The notes under the pieces are model-generated. The model was not told where the DNA came from, did not search any database, and saw only the letters and a list, made by a program, of their open reading frames with translations. A DNA stretch of 64,000 nt from an uncultured virus (IMG/VR IMGVR_UViG_3300022822_000010) (taxonomy: Duplodnaviria > Heunggongvirae > Uroviricota > Caudoviricetes): the IMG/VR virus record IMGVR_UViG_3300022822_000010. The stretch is one strand, 5' to 3'. Below are positions 42,018 to 50,898 of this stretch, one piece after another. The translations under genes were made by a program, and so were the position numbers. Within the stretch, counting starts at the first letter, position 1. Each line of letters begins with the position of its first letter.

Positions 42018-42484
42018 TTAATCCTTAAGTGAATAATGAATATACATTATATTTTCGCGGGATATAGAGAAATTCCACTTGCTCATCATAGGCTCTCTTT
42101 TTAATATTAACCATTTGATATGCTTGACAACTTTATCCATTACGGCTAGTCGTCGCTTATTATACTTTGTGTTAAACATCGCGCCCCAAGAACTGTCGCT
42201 CTTATCTAACAGCTTCATATAATAATCAAGAAGCTCAGACAATCGAGAATCTTTTTCCAAGGGCATGATATAATCGCGGTTAGCTTTCCATTGAGTAATC
42301 ATTACACCGTCCACGCGCTATAAGAGCCGCAAGCTAATAATACGATCAGCGATAAAAGAAAGATATCTCTCATGACCTTATCGACAGTCTTCGATATTTT
42401 ATCTTCAGGTACATACCGCACTGCTAGTAAGTCTAAAAATATCACTAGTCCAGCAAATAACGCTAAACTGCTTATGATTGTCAT
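42018..42484 (-). CDS. Two hypothetical proteins (42018-42302; 42302-42484 membrane)
   Basis: Coupled ORFs. Confidence 0.55.
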
Positions 42485-42496
42485 ATAATCTCTCTC

Positions 42497-43066
42497 TTAG
42501 TTTGTCTTAAAATATTCATTGACAAAGTATTCATTAACTATGCCCTCTGCTTCATTCCATAAGCCTTCGTCGCCGCCAACAAGAACCTCTAAACGGTTAC
42601 TCATTTCGACCATCCACACTTTAGCAAGATTTGGGTCCTCCCTAATAATACTTTTACTATTACAAATAATATCAGCGAGCTTTACTGTCTTGGCTTTGTT
42701 AGATACTGTAGCGAGCCTCTTACAATCTTGAGCCTTTCGGAAGGCGCGATTACCCGCATCTTTTGGGCAGACATCAGTAAGTTCTACAGCTAAATCGATA
42801 GCATTAAAACTAAAGCCGTATTCGTTTGCTCTAAGGTCTGTTTCGGTGTAGGGTGTGTCTTCTATGACATCGTGTAGAATAGCTGCTACGACCATATCTA
42901 TGTCGTAATAAGCAGCAGTCATAACTTTCTTGGCAACTTCGATAGGGTGAACAATATAACGCTCACCGCTATATTTACGTACTTGATCGCCGTGAGCCGC
43001 ATCAGCGAATTTTACAGCCCAGTTAATAAGGGCTTGGCTTCGTGGGTAGTCGATACCGTGATTCAT
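42497..43066 (-). CDS. RelA/SpoT-type HD-domain hydrolase (small alarmone hydrolase/Mesh1-like)
   Basis: AHGDQVRKYSGERYIVHPIEVA, AAILHDVIEDT, VKLADIICN motifs. Confidence 0.85.
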   Translation of the reverse strand: MNHGIDYPRSQALINWAVKFADAAHGDQVRKYSGERYIVHPIEVAKKVMTAAYYDIDMVVAAILHDVIEDTPYTETDLRANEYGFSFNAIDLAVELTDVCPKDAGNRAFRKAQDCKRLATVSNKAKTVKLADIICNSKSIIREDPNLAKVWMVEMSNRLEVLVGGDEGLWNEAEGIVNEYFVNEYFKTN

Positions 43067-43127
43067 ATTAATACCTCAATTAAGTATCTATTATAACCTA
43101 ACTAATTATAAAAGTAAAGCTTTATTT

Positions 43128-43385
43128 TTAAATTCTAAAGTTTCTGTATCCATGCTGAAGCATGCGATCAATCCATCGAGCCTCGCGATACCCTGGCAAT
43201 ATTGTTTCGAACTTATCATAGTATTGTCCGAATATACCACTTACTAGAGTACGATTAGTTTCACCAGCGAGCGACTTCTTGTAGTTCACCAATATTACTT
43301 TTATTCTGTCCATATGGTTTTCGGTCTCGCAAGATGCGATTATCTTTTCCAACTTCATATACGTATCAAATTTATTCGTCATCAT
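43128..43385 (-). CDS. Hypothetical protein
   Basis: Likely true start MMTNKFD overlapping the end of the ArfA-like ORF. Confidence 0.5.
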   Translation of the reverse strand: MMTNKFDTYMKLEKIIASCETENHMDRIKVILVNYKKSLAGETNRTLVSGIFGQYYDKFETILPGYREARWIDRMLQHGYRNFRI

Positions 43386-43515
43386 CGTCTTTACCTTTGT
43401 GCTTTTCTTTGCGGTTGTACTTGGTCTCATCTTCTTCGACGCGCATTTTGAACATCGGTGTACGGACGATAGCCAAGACTTTGTTTTTAACTTTTGCTTT
43501 TTTCTTCTTGGCCAT
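43372..43515 (-). CDS. ArfA-like (alternative ribosome-rescue factor A-like) protein, 47 aa, missed by ORF track
   Basis: MAKKKKAKVKNKVLAIVRTPMFKMRVEEDETKYNRKEKHKGKDDDDE; N.....L/V..P.F+.RVE...Y.RK.KH pattern; GGTGA RBS. Confidence 0.6.
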   Translation of the reverse strand: MAKKKKAKVKNKVLAIVRTPMFKMRVEEDETKYNRKEKHKGKDDDDE

Positions 43516-43526
43516 AAGAGGTTCAC

Positions 43527-43727
43527 CTATTTACCTAGAAAGTAATTTACTAAAGATTGCTTGTGATTAAAGATTTGGATCAACTTTTGCTCTTCTTGAG
43601 GAGCATTTTTCGCTTTGCTCTCCCTAATAGTTTTCATCTTATTAAGAGCTAATATGTTAAGGGTGCCGAGATCGATGGCGCCATACTGCTCGTCTGTTAA
43701 AGGGCTGTACATTGTAATTGTTTTCAT
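43527..43727 (-). CDS. Hypothetical protein
   Basis: First ORF after the promoter at 43761. Confidence 0.55.
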   Translation of the reverse strand: MKTITMYSPLTDEQYGAIDLGTLNILALNKMKTIRESKAKNAPQEEQKLIQIFNHKQSLVNYFLGK

Positions 43728-44035
43728 AATAAGGTGTCTCTCTCTATCAATTAAGTATTAATTATACTGTATAAAACGGGGTAAGTCAAGTGGTTTCTTA
43801 GATTGTTTTAGAATATTAATTGTTTTTCTTATACCGCTGCGTTTGCGGTTTTTCTTATTAGGTAGGCGATAATTGTTCTGTTTTTCTTCTTCAAAATATT
43901 TTTCTTCTTCAATCTTCTATTATTTAACAAACGGAAAATCCTCTCTCTATCAATTAAGTATTAATTATACCGTAATTGATAGGAGAAGTCAAGAAGTTAG
44001 TTAGATTGTTTTAGACTAAGGAGGGGGTTTTTATA

Positions 44036-44626
44036 CTAAACGAAACAAGACAGGCATTCATCATCTTCGACCATCCAACCATATTGCCTAAGTCTAACTA
44101 CATCTGCGTCTATAATGCCTGCTTCGATTAGCGATTTGATATCGGTGCTATATACTTTATCATGTTCAGCCGCCTCAATACCCGCTTTAGGTAGATATTT
44201 GCGTATAACTGTTAGCCCGTTATAAACATCGCAACCAGAAAACTCTCGAATATCATCTATGGGACTGGCTTGTATAATTTCAATAAATCGATGGAAGTCC
44301 ATTTCAGGAGATATCGGCATTGCTATTAATTCGCCTGCTCGCTCGCTCGTGATGGGTCGATAACCGCCTTTACATTTATTGAGGTAATCGGCAAGCGCAT
44401 CTTTGCCTGTTTTATAATGGCTTGAAGCCTTAAACTCACTGATGCGTCCATTAACAATATTGATAAAAGACCAAACATCTTCTGCTTCGCGATAGCCTAT
44501 ACGATATGTATTTGCCCTTATATCATATTCACTCTGAGTGTTCTCTGGGTGTTCATTACTGGTCACAAATCCGCCAATCATAATATCTTTTAATTCCCAT
44601 TCATGCGTTGTAATCATTATTTCCAC
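44036..44626 (-). CDS. Hypothetical protein (possibly a two-domain fusion)
   Basis: ORF track; C-terminal AEHDKVY...GW motif. Confidence 0.55.
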   Translation of the reverse strand: MEIMITTHEWELKDIMIGGFVTSNEHPENTQSEYDIRANTYRIGYREAEDVWSFINIVNGRISEFKASSHYKTGKDALADYLNKCKGGYRPITSERAGELIAMPISPEMDFHRFIEIIQASPIDDIREFSGCDVYNGLTVIRKYLPKAGIEAAEHDKVYSTDIKSLIEAGIIDADVVRLRQYGWMVEDDECLSCFV

Positions 44627-44828
44627 CTTTTGTATATAAATCTGCCATCCATTCGAATTCTGGCAGAGGTAAGTAATCTAATCCATATTGAACTATTCCG
44701 CCACCTATTCCTTGAGGTAGCGCTATTTTGGTTTCAGGGACCCAAATTTTCATTAAGCTTTCGGACTTAATAAAAACCGGCGCTGCTAGTATTATTCCAG
44801 CACCCTTTAAAAAATCGCGTCTATTCAT
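44601..44828 (-). CDS. Twin-arginine (Tat) signal-like protein
   Basis: Begins MNRRDFLKGAGIILAAP. Confidence 0.65.
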   Translation of the reverse strand: MNRRDFLKGAGIILAAPVFIKSESLMKIWVPETKIALPQGIGGGIVQYGLDYLPLPEFEWMADLYTKGGNNDYNA

Positions 44829-45142
44829 TATATATCATCGCAACGTTTAGTGTAGCATGTTGAACATAAGACGCATAGCAACTTCCTACCCGAAACATCT
44901 TCTGCATGGGGGCAATAAGACTCTGCTACGCCTAACCCTTCGTTGCCGCAATCTTCGCATTCTAATTTATCTTCATAGAATTCGAAATCGGATAGAATTT
45001 CTGCGGCTCGTTTTATGTCTATAGCCTCTTGAAGCTTATCAATCTTGGATTGCTGATACGCCCAAACACTACGCGCAGATGCCTTACCGATAGTTTGGTC
45101 TATTGTCTTAAAAAATTCTTCAAATTCTTTTTCGTTAATCAT
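44828..45142 (-). CDS. Zinc-finger hypothetical protein
   Basis: CEDCG...CPH...LCSTC motifs. Confidence 0.55.
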   Translation of the reverse strand: MINEKEFEEFFKTIDQTIGKASARSVWAYQQSKIDKLQEAIDIKRAAEILSDFEFYEDKLECEDCGNEGLGVAESYCPHAEDVSGRKLLCVLCSTCYTKRCDDI

Positions 45143-45404
45143 ATTAATCCTGCCATAGTTAAACAAAGTATTGCCAGCGGCATATCTCGACTAGACGAAG
45201 GGCTTGGTGTAGGGTATCGCGCTTCGTGTTCGCGGTAGGCCTGAATCTCAATCTGTAGGCGATTATAGGCTAGTGCTGCGACTTTCTTCTTTTGATTATT
45301 ACTCACTACACTCTCCCATGATCGCCTCAATAACTTCGTCTTCTTCTGTAGGGGCTTCGAAATACGGATCAAACCATATTTCTTCGATTAACTCAGCTAT
45401 TAAC

Positions 45405-45809
45405 TCATCCATTATATAGGTTATCCAGTAGTTTGGGATTAAACTCACGCTCAGTAAACATCATATAGAACTCACTCTTCCAATCATCGGGTTCCATCAC
45501 GTCATGAATATGCTGAATCGAATTAATTAAATTTACTTTATTCTCATCAAGTAAACCACTTGTAAAATCGGAAAAACCCGTTCTTTCCATTTCTGGTTTA
45601 TAATTCTGAACAAATGGTCCAGCACCACACGTCTTACCATCAATACCATTGTACACGCATAGCTTGAAAAACTCGTTGGATTTGGAAGATTTTTCGGTTT
45701 TATAATCTACTTCGGATTTTTGGCCTTGCTCTTCTAAATGAGTAGCAGCCAATAGCGCTATTTGCTCAAGCGTATAATCTTTTGGGTTGTATTGTCCTAG
45801 TGTAGCCAT
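45405..45809 (-). CDS. Hypothetical protein (paralog B1)
   Basis: MATLGQYNPKDYTLEQIALLAATHL, identical to the start of 46823-47227. Confidence 0.7.
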   Translation of the reverse strand: MATLGQYNPKDYTLEQIALLAATHLEEQGQKSEVDYKTEKSSKSNEFFKLCVYNGIDGKTCGAGPFVQNYKPEMERTGFSDFTSGLLDENKVNLINSIQHIHDVMEPDDWKSEFYMMFTEREFNPKLLDNLYNG

Positions 45810-45813
45810 GATA

Positions 45814-46245
45814 CTATTCCTCTTCTTCATTATTAAGGGTTTCGATAAAAGTCTTGAGAGATGTATACCCTCTTTTTCCTTTACAAAACGTCCAACCTAA
45901 TTCTACAGAGTACACATACGCCCACTCTTCTTCACACACTTCTTTTAGCGAACTAATTTTCCATCCGCCCTGATGAGTTTCGCCTCGGTCACGACCATAA
46001 GCCTTTGTCCATTTTTTACGTTCATCAGTATCTTCTAGATACTCTTCGAAGTCGTGTTGCTCTCCAATACATTGCCCAAGGGTACTTATATTACCGAGCG
46101 CGATAAGCTCACGGACTTTTTCTTCTGTGTCATAGTACTCAAAAAGAATAGCGCCGTTATGCTGAGGGTATCCATCCATATGGCAATAGATAACGTCATA
46201 TAAACCATTTTCGTTTAGAATTGCTATGTTAGATCTTGTGCTCAT
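45814..46245 (-). CDS. Conserved phage early protein (paralog A1)
   Basis: MSTRSNIAI...IYCHMDGYP...LIALGNISTL...YGRDRGE motif. Confidence 0.7.
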   Translation of the reverse strand: MSTRSNIAILNENGLYDVIYCHMDGYPQHNGAILFEYYDTEEKVRELIALGNISTLGQCIGEQHDFEEYLEDTDERKKWTKAYGRDRGETHQGGWKISSLKEVCEEEWAYVYSVELGWTFCKGKRGYTSLKTFIETLNNEEEE

Positions 46246-46759
46246 TATGCTACCCTCACTAATTTATAATCGAATGCTATGTGATAAACATTTTTTGAAG
46301 TATCTTCTCTGAATACGGCATACCCGCATCTAGCTAGTTGCGCAAACTCGCCTAGTTGCCCTAGTTGCCCTGCCGCGCGATCTGCTCGAACAGGGTCTGT
46401 AACAGTTTCAGTAAACATAAGATCTTTAGATGCGTAATGTACCTTAGCAGATTTTATATCGTTATTTTTAAATAGTAATCCACGAGTACCTTTTGCTATC
46501 TGAAAGCAATTCATAATATATTCTCTCTCTCTCAATTAAGTATTAATTATACTATAATTCTTTAAATAAGTCAAGCGATTTCTTCTGCCTTATCAATTTT
46601 ATTTCTTAAATTAATTCTGGCTTTGTGAACCGCAACGCGAGTAGCGGTCATATCGTCGTCGTAGTCATCTAGATCGCATCCTGCTGCGCGAAGCTCTCCC
46701 ATCAGAAATACCATCTTGGTTAAGGTTTCGTGCTGCATCTTAATTTTTTTTAGGTTCAT
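46245..46759 (-). CDS. Two hypothetical proteins (46245-46514; 46571-46759), each behind its own promoter
   Basis: Promoters at 46546 and 46789. Confidence 0.55.
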
Positions 46760-46822
46760 AATATATTCGCTCTCTCAATTAAGTATTAATTATACTATAA
46801 TTCTTCCCTGAAGTAAAGCTTT

Positions 46823-47227
46823 TTATTTATTCCCGTATAATTCATTAAGCGGCTGAACGTCATACCCCATTTTACTAAACATTTTATAGAATCTCTGTTC
46901 CCAATCTTCGATATGCGAATTATCATGTATTTGTTGGACTTCGCATATCATTTGGGTTCTTTTCCCGTCTAGATCGCCTGCTATAAACTGGCTATCAAAC
47001 AAAGATGATTCCATTTCTACGTCGTAATTCTGAACGAATGGGCCTGCTCCACAAGTTGTCCCGTTTGGGCCATTATACATACATATCTTTGAAATTCCTG
47101 AATGCGGAGGTAAGGCAGGGTTTTCAGCCTCGCTCTTCGCACCTTGCTCGTGTAAATGAGTAGCAGCCAACAGCGCTATTTGCTCAAGCGTATAATCTTT
47201 TGGGTTGTATTGTCCTAATGTAGCCAT
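46823..47227 (-). CDS. Hypothetical protein (paralog B2)
   Basis: Paralog of 45405-45809. Confidence 0.7.
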   Translation of the reverse strand: MATLGQYNPKDYTLEQIALLAATHLHEQGAKSEAENPALPPHSGISKICMYNGPNGTTCGAGPFVQNYDVEMESSLFDSQFIAGDLDGKRTQMICEVQQIHDNSHIEDWEQRFYKMFSKMGYDVQPLNELYGNK

Positions 47228-47241
47228 AATATTAAATCTCG

Positions 47242-47655
47242 CTATTTATCGTCAATTTTTGTTTTTAGTGATAAGAATTTGTTTTTATCTTCGCAGTAAA
47301 TCCAACCATAATCAGCAGCAAACGCATAAGAATAATCTTCTTTAGCGATATCTTCGATCTGAAGAACATTAAAGGATTCGTTATCTTTCTCCCCCCTATC
47401 GCGGCCATAGGCTCTTGTCCAAGTTACGCGTTCATCGTCGGCTTCATAACACAATCCGGCATAGTGTTGCTCTCCAATACACTCACCTAGAGTGCTAATG
47501 TTACCAAGTGATATTAACTCGCGCACCTTTTCTTCGGTATCGTAATGTTTAAAAAGAATAGCACCTGCATCGGATGGATAACCATCCCAATGAAGGTATA
47601 TGACATCGAATGAGCCATTTTTGTTTCGGATTGCTATGTTGGCGTTGGTAGACAT
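47242..47655 (-). CDS. Conserved phage early protein (paralog A2)
   Basis: MSTNANIAI...IYLHWDGYP...YGRDRGE; paralog of 45814-46245. Confidence 0.7.
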   Translation of the reverse strand: MSTNANIAIRNKNGSFDVIYLHWDGYPSDAGAILFKHYDTEEKVRELISLGNISTLGECIGEQHYAGLCYEADDERVTWTRAYGRDRGEKDNESFNVLQIEDIAKEDYSYAFAADYGWIYCEDKNKFLSLKTKIDDK

Positions 47656-47723
47656 AATGTATTCGCTCTTGATCAATTAAGTAACTATTATACCGTAATT
47701 CACTAGAGAAGGCAAGAGGTTTC

Positions 47724-48149
47724 TTATACCGATTCGCTATTACTCAAGCGGTTTATATACGCATCACGTCTAGCTAATTCATCATAAAACGATCGTATAA
47801 AATGAGGTAATATTCCTGGGACGTTTGATAATGTGCGCGCAATATGAGTTGTAGACATATCTTTTAGTTTTACATATGTCAATGGTTGGTCGCCGTTAAT
47901 TCCGCGCGTACCCCAAGTCATTACTTCGCGGATTTCTTCAATAGTGTTTTTGTCATCATCATATAAAGCAAGATTAATCTCATCACCGTGACACGATCGA
48001 CGACTATAACTCAACCCGCCATCAACCATATAAGTTTTACCATTATCATCAACATACTCTTTATAGTCATGAAGGTGGCGAGATTCTAAAACAGTGCCGT
48101 CAGGCGTTTGTATTGCGTTTCGATATAAGCTCATTTTGTATTCTCTCAT
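47724..48149 (-). CDS. Conserved phage hypothetical protein
   Basis: LESRHLHDY...MVDGGLSYSRR...WGTRG motifs. Confidence 0.65.
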   Translation of the reverse strand: MREYKMSLYRNAIQTPDGTVLESRHLHDYKEYVDDNGKTYMVDGGLSYSRRSCHGDEINLALYDDDKNTIEEIREVMTWGTRGINGDQPLTYVKLKDMSTTHIARTLSNVPGILPHFIRSFYDELARRDAYINRLSNSESV

Positions 48150-48157
48150 TATTAAAT

Positions 48158-48335
48158 AGGTGAGGGAGACCGCCTTCCACGCTTATCCTCATTATCAACC
48201 TACAGATCATTATAGGGGTTACAATCTCGGCCTGATATCCACTATGTACAATCGGCTAATCTATACATCATTTACCCATACCCCGTAGGGCATGGCGCCA
48301 AGGTTACGCATTGTTAAGAGGCGTGACGGGACACT
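48158..48335 (-). ncRNA. Candidate structured RNA
   Basis: ORF-free, more GC-rich gap with at least four hairpins, including CCATGCCC-TACG-GGGTATGG. Confidence 0.5.
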
Positions 48336-48336
48336 T

Positions 48337-49391
48337 TTAATCGGCTAATCTGTACATGAATTCTCGGATTACTTTAACGCCAGCCTCATCCATTCTATGA
48401 CTTTGTTTTAGAATTTCTGAAGCAGTAAACGTCTCAAGAAAGATGGCAAGGTAATTAGCTTCATAGTCATCTAGGACTATAGTTGTTTTAATAGTCGTGA
48501 CTTCTTCTTTTGATATATCCATGATTAACTATCTTCTAGTTTTAATCGAGTAGCGCCGCATATTTGGGTCGCCAGTTCAGCTACGCACTCCGCCATTTCC
48601 ACCGATAACCCAAACTCTTCCATTTCATCGATAGACATTTTTTCGATGAGTTTAACAAACGCTTTTGCCTCATATGGGGACATATAAACCGCAATTTCAA
48701 TTTGTCGCATTACTTTTGCCATTATAATTCACCTTCGTCTATTTCAATTTGACCAACGTTACATATCTGAGACGTCAATTCGGTTACACAATCTGCCATT
48801 TCTGTCGATAGGCCAAACTCTTCTATTTCGCCTATAGACATTCGGTCGATTAGCGTAACAAAAGCCGTAACAAAAGCTTTTGCCTCGTCTGGAGACATAA
48901 AGACCGCTATTTCAATTTGTTGCTCTACTCTCGCCATTATAGTAGACTCCTCAATGCGTTATCTAATTCTGTATAGATTTCGCTGAAGTGAACTGTTTGC
49001 TCTTGAGATAAGCAATCTTCCATATCGCTAGGGCGAACTGTCGCCATAAAGGTTCTTAAGGCAGTTGCTTCTTCTTCGCTTAGTTCTAAGACTACAGACT
49101 TTTTAATAGTTGTTTTCATAATATATTCTCTATTGATTAGTTAAGTATTAATTATACCGTAATAGGCCTAAGAAGTAAAGATGTTTCTTAGACCGTTTAG
49201 CTATATTAAGATGAGAATTTGCTTAGCTCGATCTTTAATCCCTGTTGAACTTTCGTGACCAACTCTATCTCTTCTTCACTTACATTTGCTCTTATGGTAG
49301 AAGGGCGAGTTGAAGATAGAAAGTTAGATAGGGCAGCAGCTTCGTGCGAAGAAAGGGTCAAAACAATCTCTTTGTTAGTATGCGCTTTCAT
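48337..49391 (-). CDS. Array of five ~60-70-aa paralogous proteins (48337-48522, 48525-48722, 48722-48937, 48937-49119, 49206-49391)
   Basis: Shared beta-strand then (L/M)S..EA..(L/F)..(F/L) helix pattern. Confidence 0.65.
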
Positions 49392-49484
49392 AATGTATTC
49401 TCTCTAGTGTTTCGATCAATTAAGTAACTATTATACCGTAGTAGGCCTAAGAAGTAAAGAACTTTCTTAGACCGTTTAGCTATA

Positions 49485-49968
49485 TTAAGATGAGAGTTTT
49501 AGTCTTCTTACTTTATAGAAAGATATTAAGTTATCCGTCCAAATCAATACGTCTCTTTCATATTCACACTCTTCTGGAAGCATACATGAATTAATAAACT
49601 CTACAATATCTCTTCGATCTTCTTCGAGGGCCTTTATTAAAACATCCAGATTTTCTACATTACGATTAGTTTTCATATTAGCACCTAGCTAGTGGATCAT
49701 TATCAAAAAAAGACGGATCGTCATAATTAACGACAACTGCGGTTAAGCAAGGCTCACTCGAAAAGCCATTCTCGACTGCTGGCGTATGAGCCTGATTAAG
49801 CGCTTCTTCGGTGGCGGTGGTTTCGCTGTTTCTAGCAGGATCAATCGAGTGAACAAAAACTAAATCTAAGTGCTCTTTCATAATTCTAACTTGGTCGTTC
49901 GTCATCGAGTTATTACCCGACATCTCAAAATGGCCTTGTAGCCAAAAACAAAAATCTACTGGGTTCAT
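49485..49968 (-). CDS. Two hypothetical proteins (49485-49676; 49678-49968)
   Basis: 49678-49968 has the common phage FCFWLQGHFE...IMKEHLDLVF motif. Confidence 0.6.
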
Positions 49969-50156
49969 ACGTAATATGCCTCTGCTAATATTAAAAGAAA
50001 TTGAAGGGTGAATGCCGCAATGACCAGAGGCGTGAAAAGATAGTCGTTGACGATAGGCTCCAACCCTAGATCGGCGCTCGCTTTGTTGAGATACTTGATC
50101 GCTTCTTTTTTCGGCATATTACCGACGTCAATATAAGTTATTTTACGTTTTTTCAT
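49965..50156 (-). CDS. Small membrane protein carrying a T4 portal (gp20)-like YIDVGNMP motif
   Basis: KRKITYIDVGNMPKKEAIKYLN followed by a C-terminal hydrophobic helix. Confidence 0.6.
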   Translation of the reverse strand: MKKRKITYIDVGNMPKKEAIKYLNKASADLGLEPIVNDYLFTPLVIAAFTLQFLLILAEAYYV

Positions 50157-50897
50157 AATTCTTCCTCTAATACTGCTAACACGCGCTCATGAGACTCTAT
50201 AACTCGACATATCCATGCGTGCTCTAATGTAGCGTCATAATTGTCATAAGACTCTCTTATGACTTTGGCCAATCTATCGGCCTCTTCGCCATAAATGGTC
50301 AATATAGTTTTAGTAGTTTTTACCTTTTCTTCAAGTTCTGCGGTAGTCATATTAGTTACTCTCTTTTTGTTTAAGCGGTAGACTTATATAGAGCGGTTTG
50401 TTGAGCCTAATTCGGGTGATGTAGTCATGCCCGTTAACAGCATTTTCCATAGAAGAGTAACGCCCTGTCCTAATTTCTTCATAACAATTAACTTTACAAG
50501 TAACGTCAGGCGCTACTAGGTCCCACATGAGGTAAAGACTACTCCACGACGATGTTTCAAGAATATATAGATCCTTCTTACTGTGATCGCCTTTCTCAAA
50601 TTTTATTCTGTATTTTTCAAACATAATTTAACTCCAATCGAATAAACGTTTAAAGAGACTATCGTGCTTAGTGCTTTTTTTGATAAGCTTGTAGCCAACT
50701 TCTTGACAACCCCAACAAGGTTGCATTAAACCCTCATCTAGACTTAGTACCGCCTTATTTGTTCTACAAACAGAGCAACTATAGTCGTGAGTACATGCTA
50801 TACCAGAGCAGTGCATATATACGTTAACATCTTTCGGTTCTAATTCAGTAGGGTAATCTGGTAAGCCTTCACCGTTACAATCATAAGTTTTTTGCAT
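50153..50897 (-). CDS. Three hypothetical proteins (50153-50350, 50352-50624, 50628-50897 with two CxxC)
   Basis: Coupled ORFs downstream of the RNA ligase. Confidence 0.55.
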
Positions 50898-50898
50898 A

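Noticed and set aside
43128..43526. 132-aa ORF as called by the track
   Set aside because: Its 5' third overlaps the ArfA-like ORF in another frame; the real start is more likely near 43385
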